A DNA stretch of 63,992 nucleotides, the filler included, from an uncultured bacterium (GTDB taxonomy: Bacteria; Auribacterota; CAZIXI01): NCBI GenBank assembly GCA_964543115.1. It is 3 parts of 3 records of this genome, joined end to end, with 100 filler letters (N's around TTAATTAATTAA, not from the genome) between each part and the next. Parts side by side here need not be neighbours in the genome. Positions count along the whole stretch, not along the records: positions 47,706 to 63,992 come from CAZIXI010000053.1; 2 more parts are not named here. One strand, written 5' to 3'. Positions 48,418 through 57,405 of the stretch are shown in pieces. A program made the translations under genes and the position numbers. Numbering within the stretch: the first letter of the stretch is position 1; every line of letters starts with the position of its first letter. The notes under the pieces are model-generated. The model made no database searches, was not told the DNA's origin, and saw only the letters and a list, made by a program, of their open reading frames with translations.

Positions 48418-50076
48418 ATGAGTGCGGGAAAAATACTGGTAGTTGATGATGAAAAGCATATTGTGGAAATGATGCGGCTGCGCTTAGAGGCCAATGACTT
48501 TACAGTGGCCGGGGCCTATAGCGGGCCGGAGGCGCTCCAGGTATTGGAGAAGCAAAAAGATGTCGAGGTGGTGATGACGGATATCATGATGCCGGGTATG
48601 GACGGGGTAGAATTACTGCGCGAAATGAAAAAGAACTATCCGGACATTGGAACGATCGTGATTACCGGTTTTGCCGCGCTGGATACGGCAATTGAAGCGG
48701 TACGGCTGGGGGCCTATGATTATATTAAGAAACCGTTTAATGATGTCCAGGCGCTGCTGCATACGGTCAAGTGCGCGGTAGAAAGAAAGAGGTTGATCGT
48801 GGAGAACCGTAATCTGACCGCGGAACTGAAAGTGTCGAACGAGAAACTTAAAAAAATAAACCTGATGCTCGGGGATAATGTTAATGAACTGGTAATGCTG
48901 CACCATATAGTGGAATCGATTTCCGGGTCGGTTCCCTATGAGCAGGTAGTAGAAACGTTCCTGAAAAATATAGTGGAAGCCATGGAGTTTCGCAAGGTGC
49001 TCCTGTTTACTGTTGATGAGAAACAGAATATTATGGAATTGAAGAGTTGTGTCGGTATTGACAGGAATAAATTGGGTACGGTTATTTTCTCCCTGGAGGA
49101 TAAGGCCCAGGATATCGTACGCGCCCTCGCGGAAATCAGGCCGTTGTTGTTGAGCGGCTTCCAGAAGGATAAGGATGAGCTAATTTCCCGAATAATAGCA
49201 GAGGATTCCCGCACGATAATTTATTATCCGTTACGGGTTCGTGAAAAAGCTGTTGGGGTATTAATGCTGGAAGGCAGAAAAGAGGTGCAGATAAGGAAAC
49301 TGCATACCCTGGAACTTTATCTTAATCAGGCGGTGCTGGTAATGGAAAACGCGCGGATGTTTAAACGCCTGCTTGATATTAATGAAGAGCTTAAAGAAAT
49401 GGACCGGTTGAAATCCGAATTTATTTCCACTGTCAGCCACGAGTTGCGTACCCCGCTGACTGCCGTTAAAGAAGGAGTCTCTATTGTCCTGGACGGGATT
49501 GTCGGCGGCATTAATAACCGCCAGGAACGGATCCTGGAGATGAGTAGGCGCGATGTGGACCGGTTGGCGCGGTTGATTGAAGATATGTTGAATATTTCCC
49601 GCATTGAATCAGGCAAGGTTATTCTAAGCCGCAGTAAAGTGTCCCCGGCCAGTCTGCTGGAAAGATCATTTCTTTCCGTTAAGGCGCTTGCCGGGGAAAA
49701 AGCGGTCAGGATAGAGACTGTTCTGGCGCCGGCGCTGCCGGATGTTTTTGTTGATGAGGACCGGGTGATTCGGGTACTCGTTAATTTGTTAAGTAACGCT
49801 GTTAAGTTCAGCCCGGAAGGCAGTGCGCTTAAGGTAAGTGCGCGGTTGTTAGAGAAAGAAAAATTAATTGAGGTTTCTGTCACGGATCAAGGGATTGGTA
49901 TCGCAGCAGCGGATCAAGACAGATTATTCCATAAATTTTCCCAGATTGGCAGAAAAGCCGGTCCGGGTTATCAGGGCACGGGCCTGGGACTGGCGATTTC
50001 CAAAGAAATAGTAGAAATGCACGGCGGCCGGGACCAGCAGGATCACCATCGCGCCGGTGTACCATCAGGGGATTGA
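48418..50076 (+). CDS. Hybrid histidine kinase REC-GAF-HisKA-HATPase with an apparently frameshifted C-terminus
   Basis: MTDIMMP, SHELRTPL, NLLSNAVKF, DQGIGI, GTGLGLAI; after MHGGR the sequence departs from the HATPase consensus. Confidence 0.88.
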   Translation: MSAGKILVVDDEKHIVEMMRLRLEANDFTVAGAYSGPEALQVLEKQKDVEVVMTDIMMPGMDGVELLREMKKNYPDIGTIVITGFAALDTAIEAVRLGAYDYIKKPFNDVQALLHTVKCAVERKRLIVENRNLTAELKVSNEKLKKINLMLGDNVNELVMLHHIVESISGSVPYEQVVETFLKNIVEAMEFRKVLLFTVDEKQNIMELKSCVGIDRNKLGTVIFSLEDKAQDIVRALAEIRPLLLSGFQKDKDELISRIIAEDSRTIIYYPLRVREKAVGVLMLEGRKEVQIRKLHTLELYLNQAVLVMENARMFKRLLDINEELKEMDRLKSEFISTVSHELRTPLTAVKEGVSIVLDGIVGGINNRQERILEMSRRDVDRLARLIEDMLNISRIESGKVILSRSKVSPASLLERSFLSVKALAGEKAVRIETVLAPALPDVFVDEDRVIRVLVNLLSNAVKFSPEGSALKVSARLLEKEKLIEVSVTDQGIGIAAADQDRLFHKFSQIGRKAGPGYQGTGLGLAISKEIVEMHGGRDQQDHHRAGVPSGD

Positions 50077-50446
50077 GGAACAGATGATGTTGACCGATAA
50101 TATTGACGCTGAGATAAGAAGGGCACAGCGGGTTAAGGGGAATTTTAGTTTGTTGGCAGTAAAATTAGCTATGCGGTGGGACAAAAAAGACAGGGCCTCG
50201 CTGCTAGCCTTCTTGAAAAGACAACTGCCATCAGAAGAAGATAGGGTTGGATTTATCGCGGATAAAATAATTCTATTTCTGCTTAGAGGCGCCAATAAGT
50301 CCTCTGTTGGTGCCTGGCAGCAAAATGTAAACAAGAATTTCCCTAAGGAGATCCGGGTGAAGGCGGAGCAGCTGATCTTAACGTATCCTGAGGACGGTGC
50401 AAGCAGGGTAGAGCTGTTGAAGAAGATGCTAGAAGTTAAGAGTTAG
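50030..50446 (+). CDS. Degenerate GGDEF-like domain, probably the frameshifted tail of the upstream kinase
   Basis: The +1 frame reads GTSRITIAPVYHQG...EIRRAQR...FSLL...TYPEDG; no GGDEF signature. Confidence 0.55.
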   Translation, partial: GTSRITIAPVYHQGIEEQMMLTDNIDAEIRRAQRVKGNFSLLAVKLAMRWDKKDRASLLAFLKRQLPSEEDRVGFIADKIILFLLRGANKSSVGAWQQNVNKNFPKEIRVKAEQLILTYPEDGASRVELLKKMLEVKS

Positions 50447-50469
50447 GAGCGAACTCCGAACTCCGAACT
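50434..50469. repeat. Intergenic heptamer array/hairpin
   Basis: AGTTAAG AGTTAGG AGC GAACTCC GAACTCC GAACT, overlapping the upstream stop. Confidence 0.75.
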
Positions 50470-50484
50470 AATAAGGAGGAGAAA

Positions 50485-50868
50485 ATGACTACTGGAAAGA
50501 AGATACTAATAGTTGATGATGAGGAGCATATTGTTGAGATGCTGAAGATACGGTTGGAAGCGCTGAACTATGAAACAGTGACGGCCGGAGACGGCCAGGA
50601 GGGGTTGCGGATGGCCCGTTCCGAGAAGCCGGATCTGATCGTTCTGGATCTGATGCTGCCGAAACTGGATGGGTATAAGGTCTGCCGGATGCTGAAATTC
50701 GACGAGAAATATAAACATATACCCATTATCATGTTTACCGCCAGGGCCCAGGATAGTGATGTTAAATTGGGGCAGGAAACCGGTGCCGACGGTTATGTCA
50801 CCAAGCCATTTGAGCCAAAAGTATTGATGGGAAGAATCAATGAATTGTTGGCAGGAGAAGGGAAATGA
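50485..50868 (+). CDS. Stand-alone response regulator receiver
   Basis: IVDDE, VLDLMLP, TARAQ, TKPF. Confidence 0.93.
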   Translation: MTTGKKILIVDDEEHIVEMLKIRLEALNYETVTAGDGQEGLRMARSEKPDLIVLDLMLPKLDGYKVCRMLKFDEKYKHIPIIMFTARAQDSDVKLGQETGADGYVTKPFEPKVLMGRINELLAGEGK

Positions 50869-51770
50869 GTATGTTGGATGATCCCGCGTTAATTGAGCTG
50901 TTAGCGAAAGTCCACAAGGAGAAAGGGCTGGATTTTAGCCAATACAAAGAAAAATCTCTGTTGCGGCGGATCCAGTCACGGATGAATAAGTATCAGCTGA
51001 AAACATATAGTGAATATTTACGGATACTGGAAACCCAGCCGGGAGAGTATAACGAATTAGTTAACGCCCTGGCGATTAATGTTACTGAATATTTCCGTAA
51101 CCCGGAAAGCTTTGAGGCTATTGATAATATTGTTATTCCCCGGGTTATTTATGATAAGCGAAACCACCATCATAAGATTATCCGGATCTGGAGCTGCGGC
51201 TGTTCCAGCGGTGACGAACCTTATTCCGTGGCGATAATCTTTCTTGAAAAACTGGGCGCGGCCAGGAAGGATTTTCTGTTAACGATTATTGGTACGGATA
51301 TTGATCACGATGCCTTAACAGAAGCGAAATCGTTGATCTATTCCCGGGAGCGGCTGCGCGCAATTGATACGGGGGTATTGGGAAAATATTTTAATATGGT
51401 TGAAGATAATAAGTATAGCTTAAAGAATTCTGTGCGTAGCCAGGTGCGGTTTCGCTATCATGACGTGATTAAGGACCCTCCGTACCGGCACTGTGATATT
51501 ATCCTCTGCCGTAATCTGCTGATCTATTTTAATAAACAGCTGCAGGAAGAGATATTGCTGAAGTTTTACGAATGTTTGAATCCAGGCGGTTTTTTGGTGC
51601 TGGGGATGGTGGAGTCATTGATCGGTACAACGGTCAATGCCTTTGAACATGTGAATAACCGCCTGCGGATTTACCGCCGTCCGGAACGGCCTTCCCTTAG
51701 ATATGAGAAGGAAGAGCTATTATCGCAGGCGCAGATTGATAAGATAGTTGGGGAGATGCTGGATAAGTAG
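50865..51770 (+). CDS. cheR: CheR-type methyltransferase
   Basis: INVTEYFRN, RIWSCGCSSGDEPYS, GTDID, CRNLLIYF. Confidence 0.92.
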   Translation: MSMLDDPALIELLAKVHKEKGLDFSQYKEKSLLRRIQSRMNKYQLKTYSEYLRILETQPGEYNELVNALAINVTEYFRNPESFEAIDNIVIPRVIYDKRNHHHKIIRIWSCGCSSGDEPYSVAIIFLEKLGAARKDFLLTIIGTDIDHDALTEAKSLIYSRERLRAIDTGVLGKYFNMVEDNKYSLKNSVRSQVRFRYHDVIKDPPYRHCDIILCRNLLIYFNKQLQEEILLKFYECLNPGGFLVLGMVESLIGTTVNAFEHVNNRLRIYRRPERPSLRYEKEELLSQAQIDKIVGEMLDK

Positions 51771-51793
51771 GAGTTTTGAAAAAAGGAGGAATT

Positions 51794-52165
51794 ATGGCGA
51801 AAGCAAAGGTGTTGATTGTAGAAGATGAAGTGGATTTGGTGGAAACCCTGAAGTTCCGGCTCGAAGCTAATGATTATGAAGTGATTACGGCGAATGACGG
51901 GCAGGGCGGGTTGGATAAAGCGCGCGGTGAGTGCCCAAATCTGGTTATTCTGGACCTGATGCTGCCAAAATTGGACGGGTATAAGGTCTGCCGGATGCTG
52001 AAGTTCGATGCCAAGCACAAGGATATTCCGGTAATCATGTTTACGGCCCGGGCGCAGGATTCGGATAAAAAGATGGGGGAAGAGGTGGGAGCTGATGCCT
52101 ATATCACTAAACCGTTTGAACCCCAGCTTCTTTTGGCAAAAATCGAAAAACTGTTAAAGAAGTAA
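51794..52165 (+). CDS. Stand-alone response regulator receiver
   Basis: IVEDE, ILDLMLP, TARAQ, TKPF; start moved to ATG 51794 (AGGAGG RBS). Confidence 0.93.
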   Translation: MAKAKVLIVEDEVDLVETLKFRLEANDYEVITANDGQGGLDKARGECPNLVILDLMLPKLDGYKVCRMLKFDAKHKDIPVIMFTARAQDSDKKMGEEVGADAYITKPFEPQLLLAKIEKLLKK

Positions 52166-52262
52166 CAAAGTAACAAAGTAACAAAGTAACAGAGTAACAG
52201 AGTAACAGAGTAACAGAGTAACAGAGTAACAGAGTAACAAAGTAACTCTGTCACGCTGTTAC
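52162..52262. repeat. Octamer tandem array (GTAACA[A/G]A x10) followed by two degenerate inverted units
   Basis: Ten units at 52162-52241, the first containing the TAA stop, then GTAAC TCTGTCAC GCTGTTAC. Confidence 0.92.
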
Positions 52263-52279
52263 TTAAAAGGAGGATTGGA

Positions 52280-52642
52280 ATGGATGCTAAAAAGATACTA
52301 ATAGTGGATGATGAGAAGAATTTTGTGGATGTGTTAAAGACCCGGCTGGAAAGTACCGGGTACCAGGTGGTTTCTGCCGGTGACGGTGATGAAGGAGTAA
52401 CTAAGGCCAGGGAAGAAAAACCGGATTTGATTTTGCTGGATGTTATGATGCCGAAGATTGACGGGTACACGGCGCTAAAACTGCTCAAAGATGATAAGGC
52501 GACCAAGGATATTCCGGTACTTATTCTTACCTGTAAAGAGAAGATGGGTGATCTGTTTACCGCTGAAGGTGTGCGCGGCTATATCGTAAAGCCATATGAT
52601 AGAGAACATCTGCTAACGACAATTAAACAGATAATTGAATAA
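52280..52642 (+). CDS. Stand-alone response regulator receiver
   Basis: IVDDE, LLDVMMP, VKPY. Confidence 0.93.
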   Translation: MDAKKILIVDDEKNFVDVLKTRLESTGYQVVSAGDGDEGVTKAREEKPDLILLDVMMPKIDGYTALKLLKDDKATKDIPVLILTCKEKMGDLFTAEGVRGYIVKPYDREHLLTTIKQIIE

Positions 52643-52677
52643 AAATGCGCGGCTGCTGACAGCGTGGGGAGAGCTTT

Positions 52678-54243
52678 ATGCCTCGGGGAAAGAAAACATT
52701 AGTGTTTACCGGTGAGTTGCGGGAGAAGCTGAAGCGTTATATTGCCGAACGCTGCGGACTCTATTTTAAGGATCATGAAATGAAGAATTTAGCAGAGGCG
52801 GTGGCCGAACGGATGAAGGCGCGCGGAATAGATTCTTTCCCCGCTTATTACCAGGATCTTACCGGTTCACGGGAGGGTGAAAGAGAGTTTCGGGAACTGC
52901 TTAATCTGCTGACGGTACAGCATACGTATTTTTTCCGTAATGAACCGCAGTTCCGTGTCCTGAGAGAAAAGATCCTGACGGATTTAGTGAATGAAAAGAG
53001 GAAGGCGGCATTACAATCCGGCCGGGAGAAACCGGTGTTGCGGATCTGGAGCGCCGGTTGTGCTACCGGTGAGGAACCGTATTCTATCGCGATACTGGTT
53101 AAGGAACTTATTCCTGATCTCAGCCAGTGGCGGATTGAGATCCTGGCGACGGATATTTCCGATAAGGCGCTGGAGCGGGCGAGAAAAGGCAGTTACCGGA
53201 AAAGCTCCCTGAGGTTGGTGCCGGAGAGCCTTAAAGAAAAATACTTTGAAGAAAAATCTGTTAACAGGAATGGCGGCAGTAAGGCGTATTATTCTTCTCA
53301 TTCTGATGCCGGGAAGGTTAATAAGGTTTATGCTGTTAATAATGATATTAAAAAACTGGTGCAGTTCGGTTATTTTAATTTAATGGATAAAAATTATCCG
53401 GCTGGTTTTGACGTTATCTTTTGCCGTAATGTTTTTATTTATTTTAATTTGGAAAATGTAATTGATGTTGTCGCTAGGTTCAGTACGAGCTTGCGTGATG
53501 ACGGATATTTTTTTATCGGTTATTCTGAAAGCCTGCAGTTTATAGCGGAACGGTTCAGGCTGCAGCAGTGGCAGGAGGCTGTTTTTTACCGGAAAAAAGA
53601 ATGGCTGCCCGCGCCGGCGCCGGAGAGGCCGCAGGTCTTACCGCCTTCCCGGAGAGATAAGGCCCTGCAGGAGGTTTCTCAAACCGAGCTGGAGGCGGTG
53701 CAGCGGGACGCGGCAGGAGAGAAAAAATTTACAGCGCAACAGATAAAGAAATTGTTGGGGCAGATAATTAAACAGATATATCTGAAACACTATGATCTGG
53801 CTGTTTCCTATATCAGGGAAGCGCAAAAGAAAGACGAAAAGATTATTGATCTTTATTGCCTGGCAGCGGAAGTTTTTATGAATCAGGGTAAGCCGGGGCC
53901 GGCGGAGGACGAGTTGGCCGCCGCGCTTAAGATAAATAAGCTGTTTCCTCCGGCACATTTTCTTCTGGGTACGCTCTGTCAGGGGAAAGGCAGTTTAGAG
54001 GAGGCAAAAACCAGTTTTAAGCGGGCGATTTATCTTGATAAAAATTTTATTATGGCCCATTTTAATCTGGCCCAGGTGCTTAAAAACGAAGGATTGGTTG
54101 CCGAGGCGGTCCGCGCCTACCGGAATACGGCACGGTTATTATTGGACCGGCCGCTGGAGGATGTAATTGCCTACAGCGGCGGGTTTAATGCCGCTGCCCT
54201 GGCGGGTGTGTGCCGGAGTAATATTGAACGGCTAAAAGAATAG
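52678..54243 (+). CDS. cheR: CheR methyltransferase with C-terminal TPR repeats (WspC-like)
   Basis: TYFFRN, RIWSAGCATGEEPYS, CRNVFIYF; TPR pattern AHFLLG...A...FKRAIYLD...AHFNLA. Confidence 0.9.
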   Translation: MPRGKKTLVFTGELREKLKRYIAERCGLYFKDHEMKNLAEAVAERMKARGIDSFPAYYQDLTGSREGEREFRELLNLLTVQHTYFFRNEPQFRVLREKILTDLVNEKRKAALQSGREKPVLRIWSAGCATGEEPYSIAILVKELIPDLSQWRIEILATDISDKALERARKGSYRKSSLRLVPESLKEKYFEEKSVNRNGGSKAYYSSHSDAGKVNKVYAVNNDIKKLVQFGYFNLMDKNYPAGFDVIFCRNVFIYFNLENVIDVVARFSTSLRDDGYFFIGYSESLQFIAERFRLQQWQEAVFYRKKEWLPAPAPERPQVLPPSRRDKALQEVSQTELEAVQRDAAGEKKFTAQQIKKLLGQIIKQIYLKHYDLAVSYIREAQKKDEKIIDLYCLAAEVFMNQGKPGPAEDELAAALKINKLFPPAHFLLGTLCQGKGSLEEAKTSFKRAIYLDKNFIMAHFNLAQVLKNEGLVAEAVRAYRNTARLLLDRPLEDVIAYSGGFNAAALAGVCRSNIERLKE

Positions 54244-54328
54244 GGGCAAGGGAGATATAACGTTAGAAATAAAAAAAAAGTAAAATCTGCGAATATTGCA
54301 GAACACGTAATAAATAAAAAGGTAGATA

Positions 54329-54799
54329 ATGAGTGTTGATCTGGTTACTTTTAATATTGATGATAAGGAATACGCGGTGACGCTGGTTCAGGTGCGGGAA
54401 GTGATCCGCATGCGCGAGATTATTAGTGTGCCGGAAGCGGCTGTCTTTGTCGCGGGTGTGATTAATCTTCGCGGGCGGGTAGTGCCGATAATCAATCTGC
54501 GCAGGAAAATTGGACTGGCTGCCGGAAAGACGCCGAAACCGCGGATTATTGTTTCCCAGGTTGTAGATCATGTCGTTGGTATTATTGTAGATACGGTAAG
54601 TGACGTGATTACTATTGAGACGGCCAGGATAACTCCGCCGGATAAGGTGTTAAGTGACGCGGCCTATCTTCAGGGGGTGGCCCGGATCGGTAAACGGCTG
54701 ATTTTACTGGTTGATTTGCCGAGCCTTTTTTCGGAACAGGAGCAGGATAAAATAAGGGATGTTCACGGCCGGGTAGAGATCAGAAAGCGTGGTTCGTGA
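54329..54799 (+). CDS. cheW: CheW adaptor
   Basis: VREVI, GVINLRGRVVPIINL, GIIVD.V. Confidence 0.93.
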   Translation: MSVDLVTFNIDDKEYAVTLVQVREVIRMREIISVPEAAVFVAGVINLRGRVVPIINLRRKIGLAAGKTPKPRIIVSQVVDHVVGIIVDTVSDVITIETARITPPDKVLSDAAYLQGVARIGKRLILLVDLPSLFSEQEQDKIRDVHGRVEIRKRGS

Positions 54800-54858
54800 A
54801 GCGTATCCCCGTGAAACGTTAAAAGCACATAATACGAGATACGCTTCACGAGATACGA
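54795..54858. repeat. 13-bp inverted repeat with ACGAGAT-type heptamers between the two cheW genes
   Basis: CGTGAAGCGTATC (54795-54807) / GATACGCTTCACG (54838-54850); a related CGTATC..CGTGAAACG sequence lies at ~38450-38470. Confidence 0.75.
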
Positions 54859-54875
54859 GAAGAGAGAGGTTAATT

Positions 54876-55400
54876 ATGGCGGAAGAGAAAGATAAAATAA
54901 TCATTGAAGTCGATGAAGAAGAGTTTCTGGAACAGAAACAAAAGAAACCGGGTATTGGTGTGCTTTGTTTTACGCTTGGCGGAGAGAATTATTGTGTGGC
55001 CACCGAAAAGGCGCGGGAGGCGGTACGGCTGGTCAGGTTGAGCAGGGTGCCCAATACGCCGGAATTTGTCACCGGGGTAATGAATCTGCGCGGAACGGTT
55101 CTTTCCATTATTGATATTCGCTGTTTCTTCGGACTCGGTCAGGCGGCAAAACCTGAACAGGCTAAAGTGGTGGTTGTTTCCGGGAAATACGGGGAAGTAG
55201 GCGTATTAGTGGATGAGATTAAGGGGAATTTAGAACTGGAGGAAGAGGAAATCCAGCCGGCGCTGGCCACGATTAAGGGTGAATTGGCTGAATATACCAG
55301 GGGTGAGGTCCGTCTGGGAAAGGAGATCCTGATTTTTCTGGATATTGAAAAGATCCTCGATTGCGAAGCGATTAAACGATTGCGGGAAGGGATAATGTGA
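54876..55400 (+). CDS. cheW: CheW adaptor (second copy)
   Basis: VPNTPEFVTGVMNLRG, GVLVD; start moved to ATG 54876. Confidence 0.92.
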   Translation: MAEEKDKIIIEVDEEEFLEQKQKKPGIGVLCFTLGGENYCVATEKAREAVRLVRLSRVPNTPEFVTGVMNLRGTVLSIIDIRCFFGLGQAAKPEQAKVVVVSGKYGEVGVLVDEIKGNLELEEEEIQPALATIKGELAEYTRGEVRLGKEILIFLDIEKILDCEAIKRLREGIM

Positions 55401-55445
55401 CTAAAAAAATATAATTGGGAACGGATGAACCAAGGGAGGGAGGTT

Positions 55446-57398
55446 ATGAGGATTAATTCCATGAAGGGGAAACTGATTATACTGTGTTTGTTGATTGTGT
55501 TGGTGCCGATTATTATTATTGGTTATTCATCTTATAATAATTTTAAAAAGGCACAGGAAGAAGAGATATATTCCAAGCTGGTACTTACCGCTAAACTGGC
55601 AGGTGAGCAGTTAGAAAGTTATTTTACGGAAAGGTTTGAGGATTTAAACGTGCTTGCTCAAATGCCGCTGGTTATCAGTTGGTTGGAAGAACTGGAGCAG
55701 GGCCTGGCGGTAAGTGGTAAGGATTTAAGCGGGTTTATTGCCAGTCAGGAATATCTGGATATTTCCAGCCGGATGGATCCGTGGTTGCGGTTATTTATGG
55801 AGGGGTATGGCTATTATGATGTTTTTTTAATTGGTCATGAAGGTAATGTCCTTTTTACTGTCGAACATGAAGCGGATTTTGGCACCAACTTGCTACAAGG
55901 GCAGTTTAAGGGGTCGAATCTGGGCCGGGCCGTAAGTGAAATTTTAATCGGGCAGAAACAATTCGTTTTTACTGATTTTGAACCGTATGTCCCAAGTAAT
56001 AACGCGCCGGCAGCATTTATCGTGCAGGCGATTTCCAGTGAACGGAAAAAAATACATGGAGTGGTGGCGTTACAGATTTCTAATAAAGCTGTTTATAATA
56101 TGGTTCTGGGCCATAGTGGTCTGGGCGAAAGTGGAGAAATTGTTATTGCCCGAAAGGATGCGGAAGGGAATGCCCTGTTTTTAACCCCGTTGCGATTCGA
56201 TAAAGAGGCGGTGCTAAAACGAAAGGTTCCTCATAATAGATTGGATGTGCCGATAATCCAGGCCTTGAAGCAGAATATTAATTTTTTCGAGGATACTGTT
56301 GATTACCGTGATGTGCCGGTTTTATCAGCTACGCAATATGTGGCGAATACCGGTTGGGGATTAGTGGTAAAAGAAGATAGGCAAGAAGCGTTTGCGCCGA
56401 TTGAGAAGCTGCGCCGGGAGGTGTTGATTATTTCGATAGTGATTACGATTATTGTGATTGTTATCGCGGTGTTTATCGCGACGCGCATGGTCCGGCCCCT
56501 TAAACAATTGTCCAGTGTGGCCGAAGAAGTGGCTACCGGTGATTTAACCAAATCAATTTCGGTAAAGACCGGGGATGAGATTGGCGCCCTGGCCCGGAGT
56601 TTCCGGACCATGGTCGAAGGATTAGGTAGAACCGTTACTAAGATTAAGGACGCGGTCAGCCAGATGGGTTCAGCCAGCCGGGAGATCCTGGCGGCCAGCC
56701 AGCAGCAGGCGGCCAGTGCCCGGGAACAGTCATCGGCGGTGAGTGAGACCACGGCGGCGGCGATGGAAATGGCCAAAAGCGCCGAGGAAGTGGGTGTTAA
56801 TATCAAGAAAGTGGCCCAGGCGGCTAATCATGCCCTGGTGGGTATGGCCCGGATCAAGGACGCGATTAATAAAACGGGAGGCATTGTTACTTCGCTAAGT
56901 GAAAAGTCACAGAAGATAGGAAAGATTATTGAACTTATTGATGATGTGGCTGACCAGACAAACCTGTTAGCGGTAAACGCGGCGATTGAAGCCAAGCGGG
57001 CCGGGGAACAGGGTGCCGGATTTACGGTAGTGGCGGATGAAATCAGGAAGTTGTCGGATTCCACTACTAAATCCACTAAGGATATTACTGATTTGATTGA
57101 GCTGATCCAGAACGAGATCTCTAACGCGATAATGTCAATGGAACAGAGTGTGACCAGCGTGGATGAGGAGATCAGCCTGGCTAAGGATACCGCTGAAAGT
57201 TCGAAAGAAATATCAATGAGCGCTAACCAGCAGGTAGGGGCGGCTAGACAGATTGCCGAGGCGATGGGCAGTATTGATGAGGCGATGAAACAGGTGGCCC
57301 AGGGCGCCCAGCAGTCCCAGGACGCGGCGAAACAACTCGCGGAACTGGGAGCGGAACTGAGAGGTTCCGCGGAAAAATTTCATGTAAAAAACGTTTGA
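55446..57398 (+). CDS. Methyl-accepting chemotaxis protein (TM-dCache-TM-HAMP-MA)
   Basis: Two TM helices, HAMP ([11 protein letters not shown]), hairpin tip [29 protein letters not shown]. Confidence 0.95.
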   Translation: MRINSMKGKLIILCLLIVLVPIIIIGYSSYNNFKKAQEEEIYSKLVLTAKLAGEQLESYFTERFEDLNVLAQMPLVISWLEELEQGLAVSGKDLSGFIASQEYLDISSRMDPWLRLFMEGYGYYDVFLIGHEGNVLFTVEHEADFGTNLLQGQFKGSNLGRAVSEILIGQKQFVFTDFEPYVPSNNAPAAFIVQAISSERKKIHGVVALQISNKAVYNMVLGHSGLGESGEIVIARKDAEGNALFLTPLRFDKEAVLKRKVPHNRLDVPIIQALKQNINFFEDTVDYRDVPVLSATQYVANTGWGLVVKEDRQEAFAPIEKLRREVLIISIVITIIVIVIAVFIATRMVRPLKQLSSVAEEVATGDLTKSISVKTGDEIGALARSFRTMVEGLGRTVTKIKDAVSQMGSASREILAASQQQAASAREQSSAVSETTAAAMEMAKSAEEVGVNIKKVAQAANHALVGMARIKDAINKTGGIVTSLSEKSQKIGKIIELIDDVADQTNLLAVNAAIEAKRAGEQGAGFTVVADEIRKLSDSTTKSTKDITDLIELIQNEISNAIMSMEQSVTSVDEEISLAKDTAESSKEISMSANQQVGAARQIAEAMGSIDEAMKQVAQGAQQSQDAAKQLAELGAELRGSAEKFHVKNV

Positions 57399-57405
57399 GG
57401 CGAGT

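Noticed and set aside
52162..52246. CRISPR array
   Set aside because: Contiguous 8-bp units with no unique spacers and no cas genes.
54789..54875. N-terminal extensions of ORF-track calls (54789, 59519, 61103, 44614, 6109, 22412, 29016)
   Set aside because: They run through intergenic repeats, terminators or promoters; downstream starts have clear SD sequences and match the domain boundaries.
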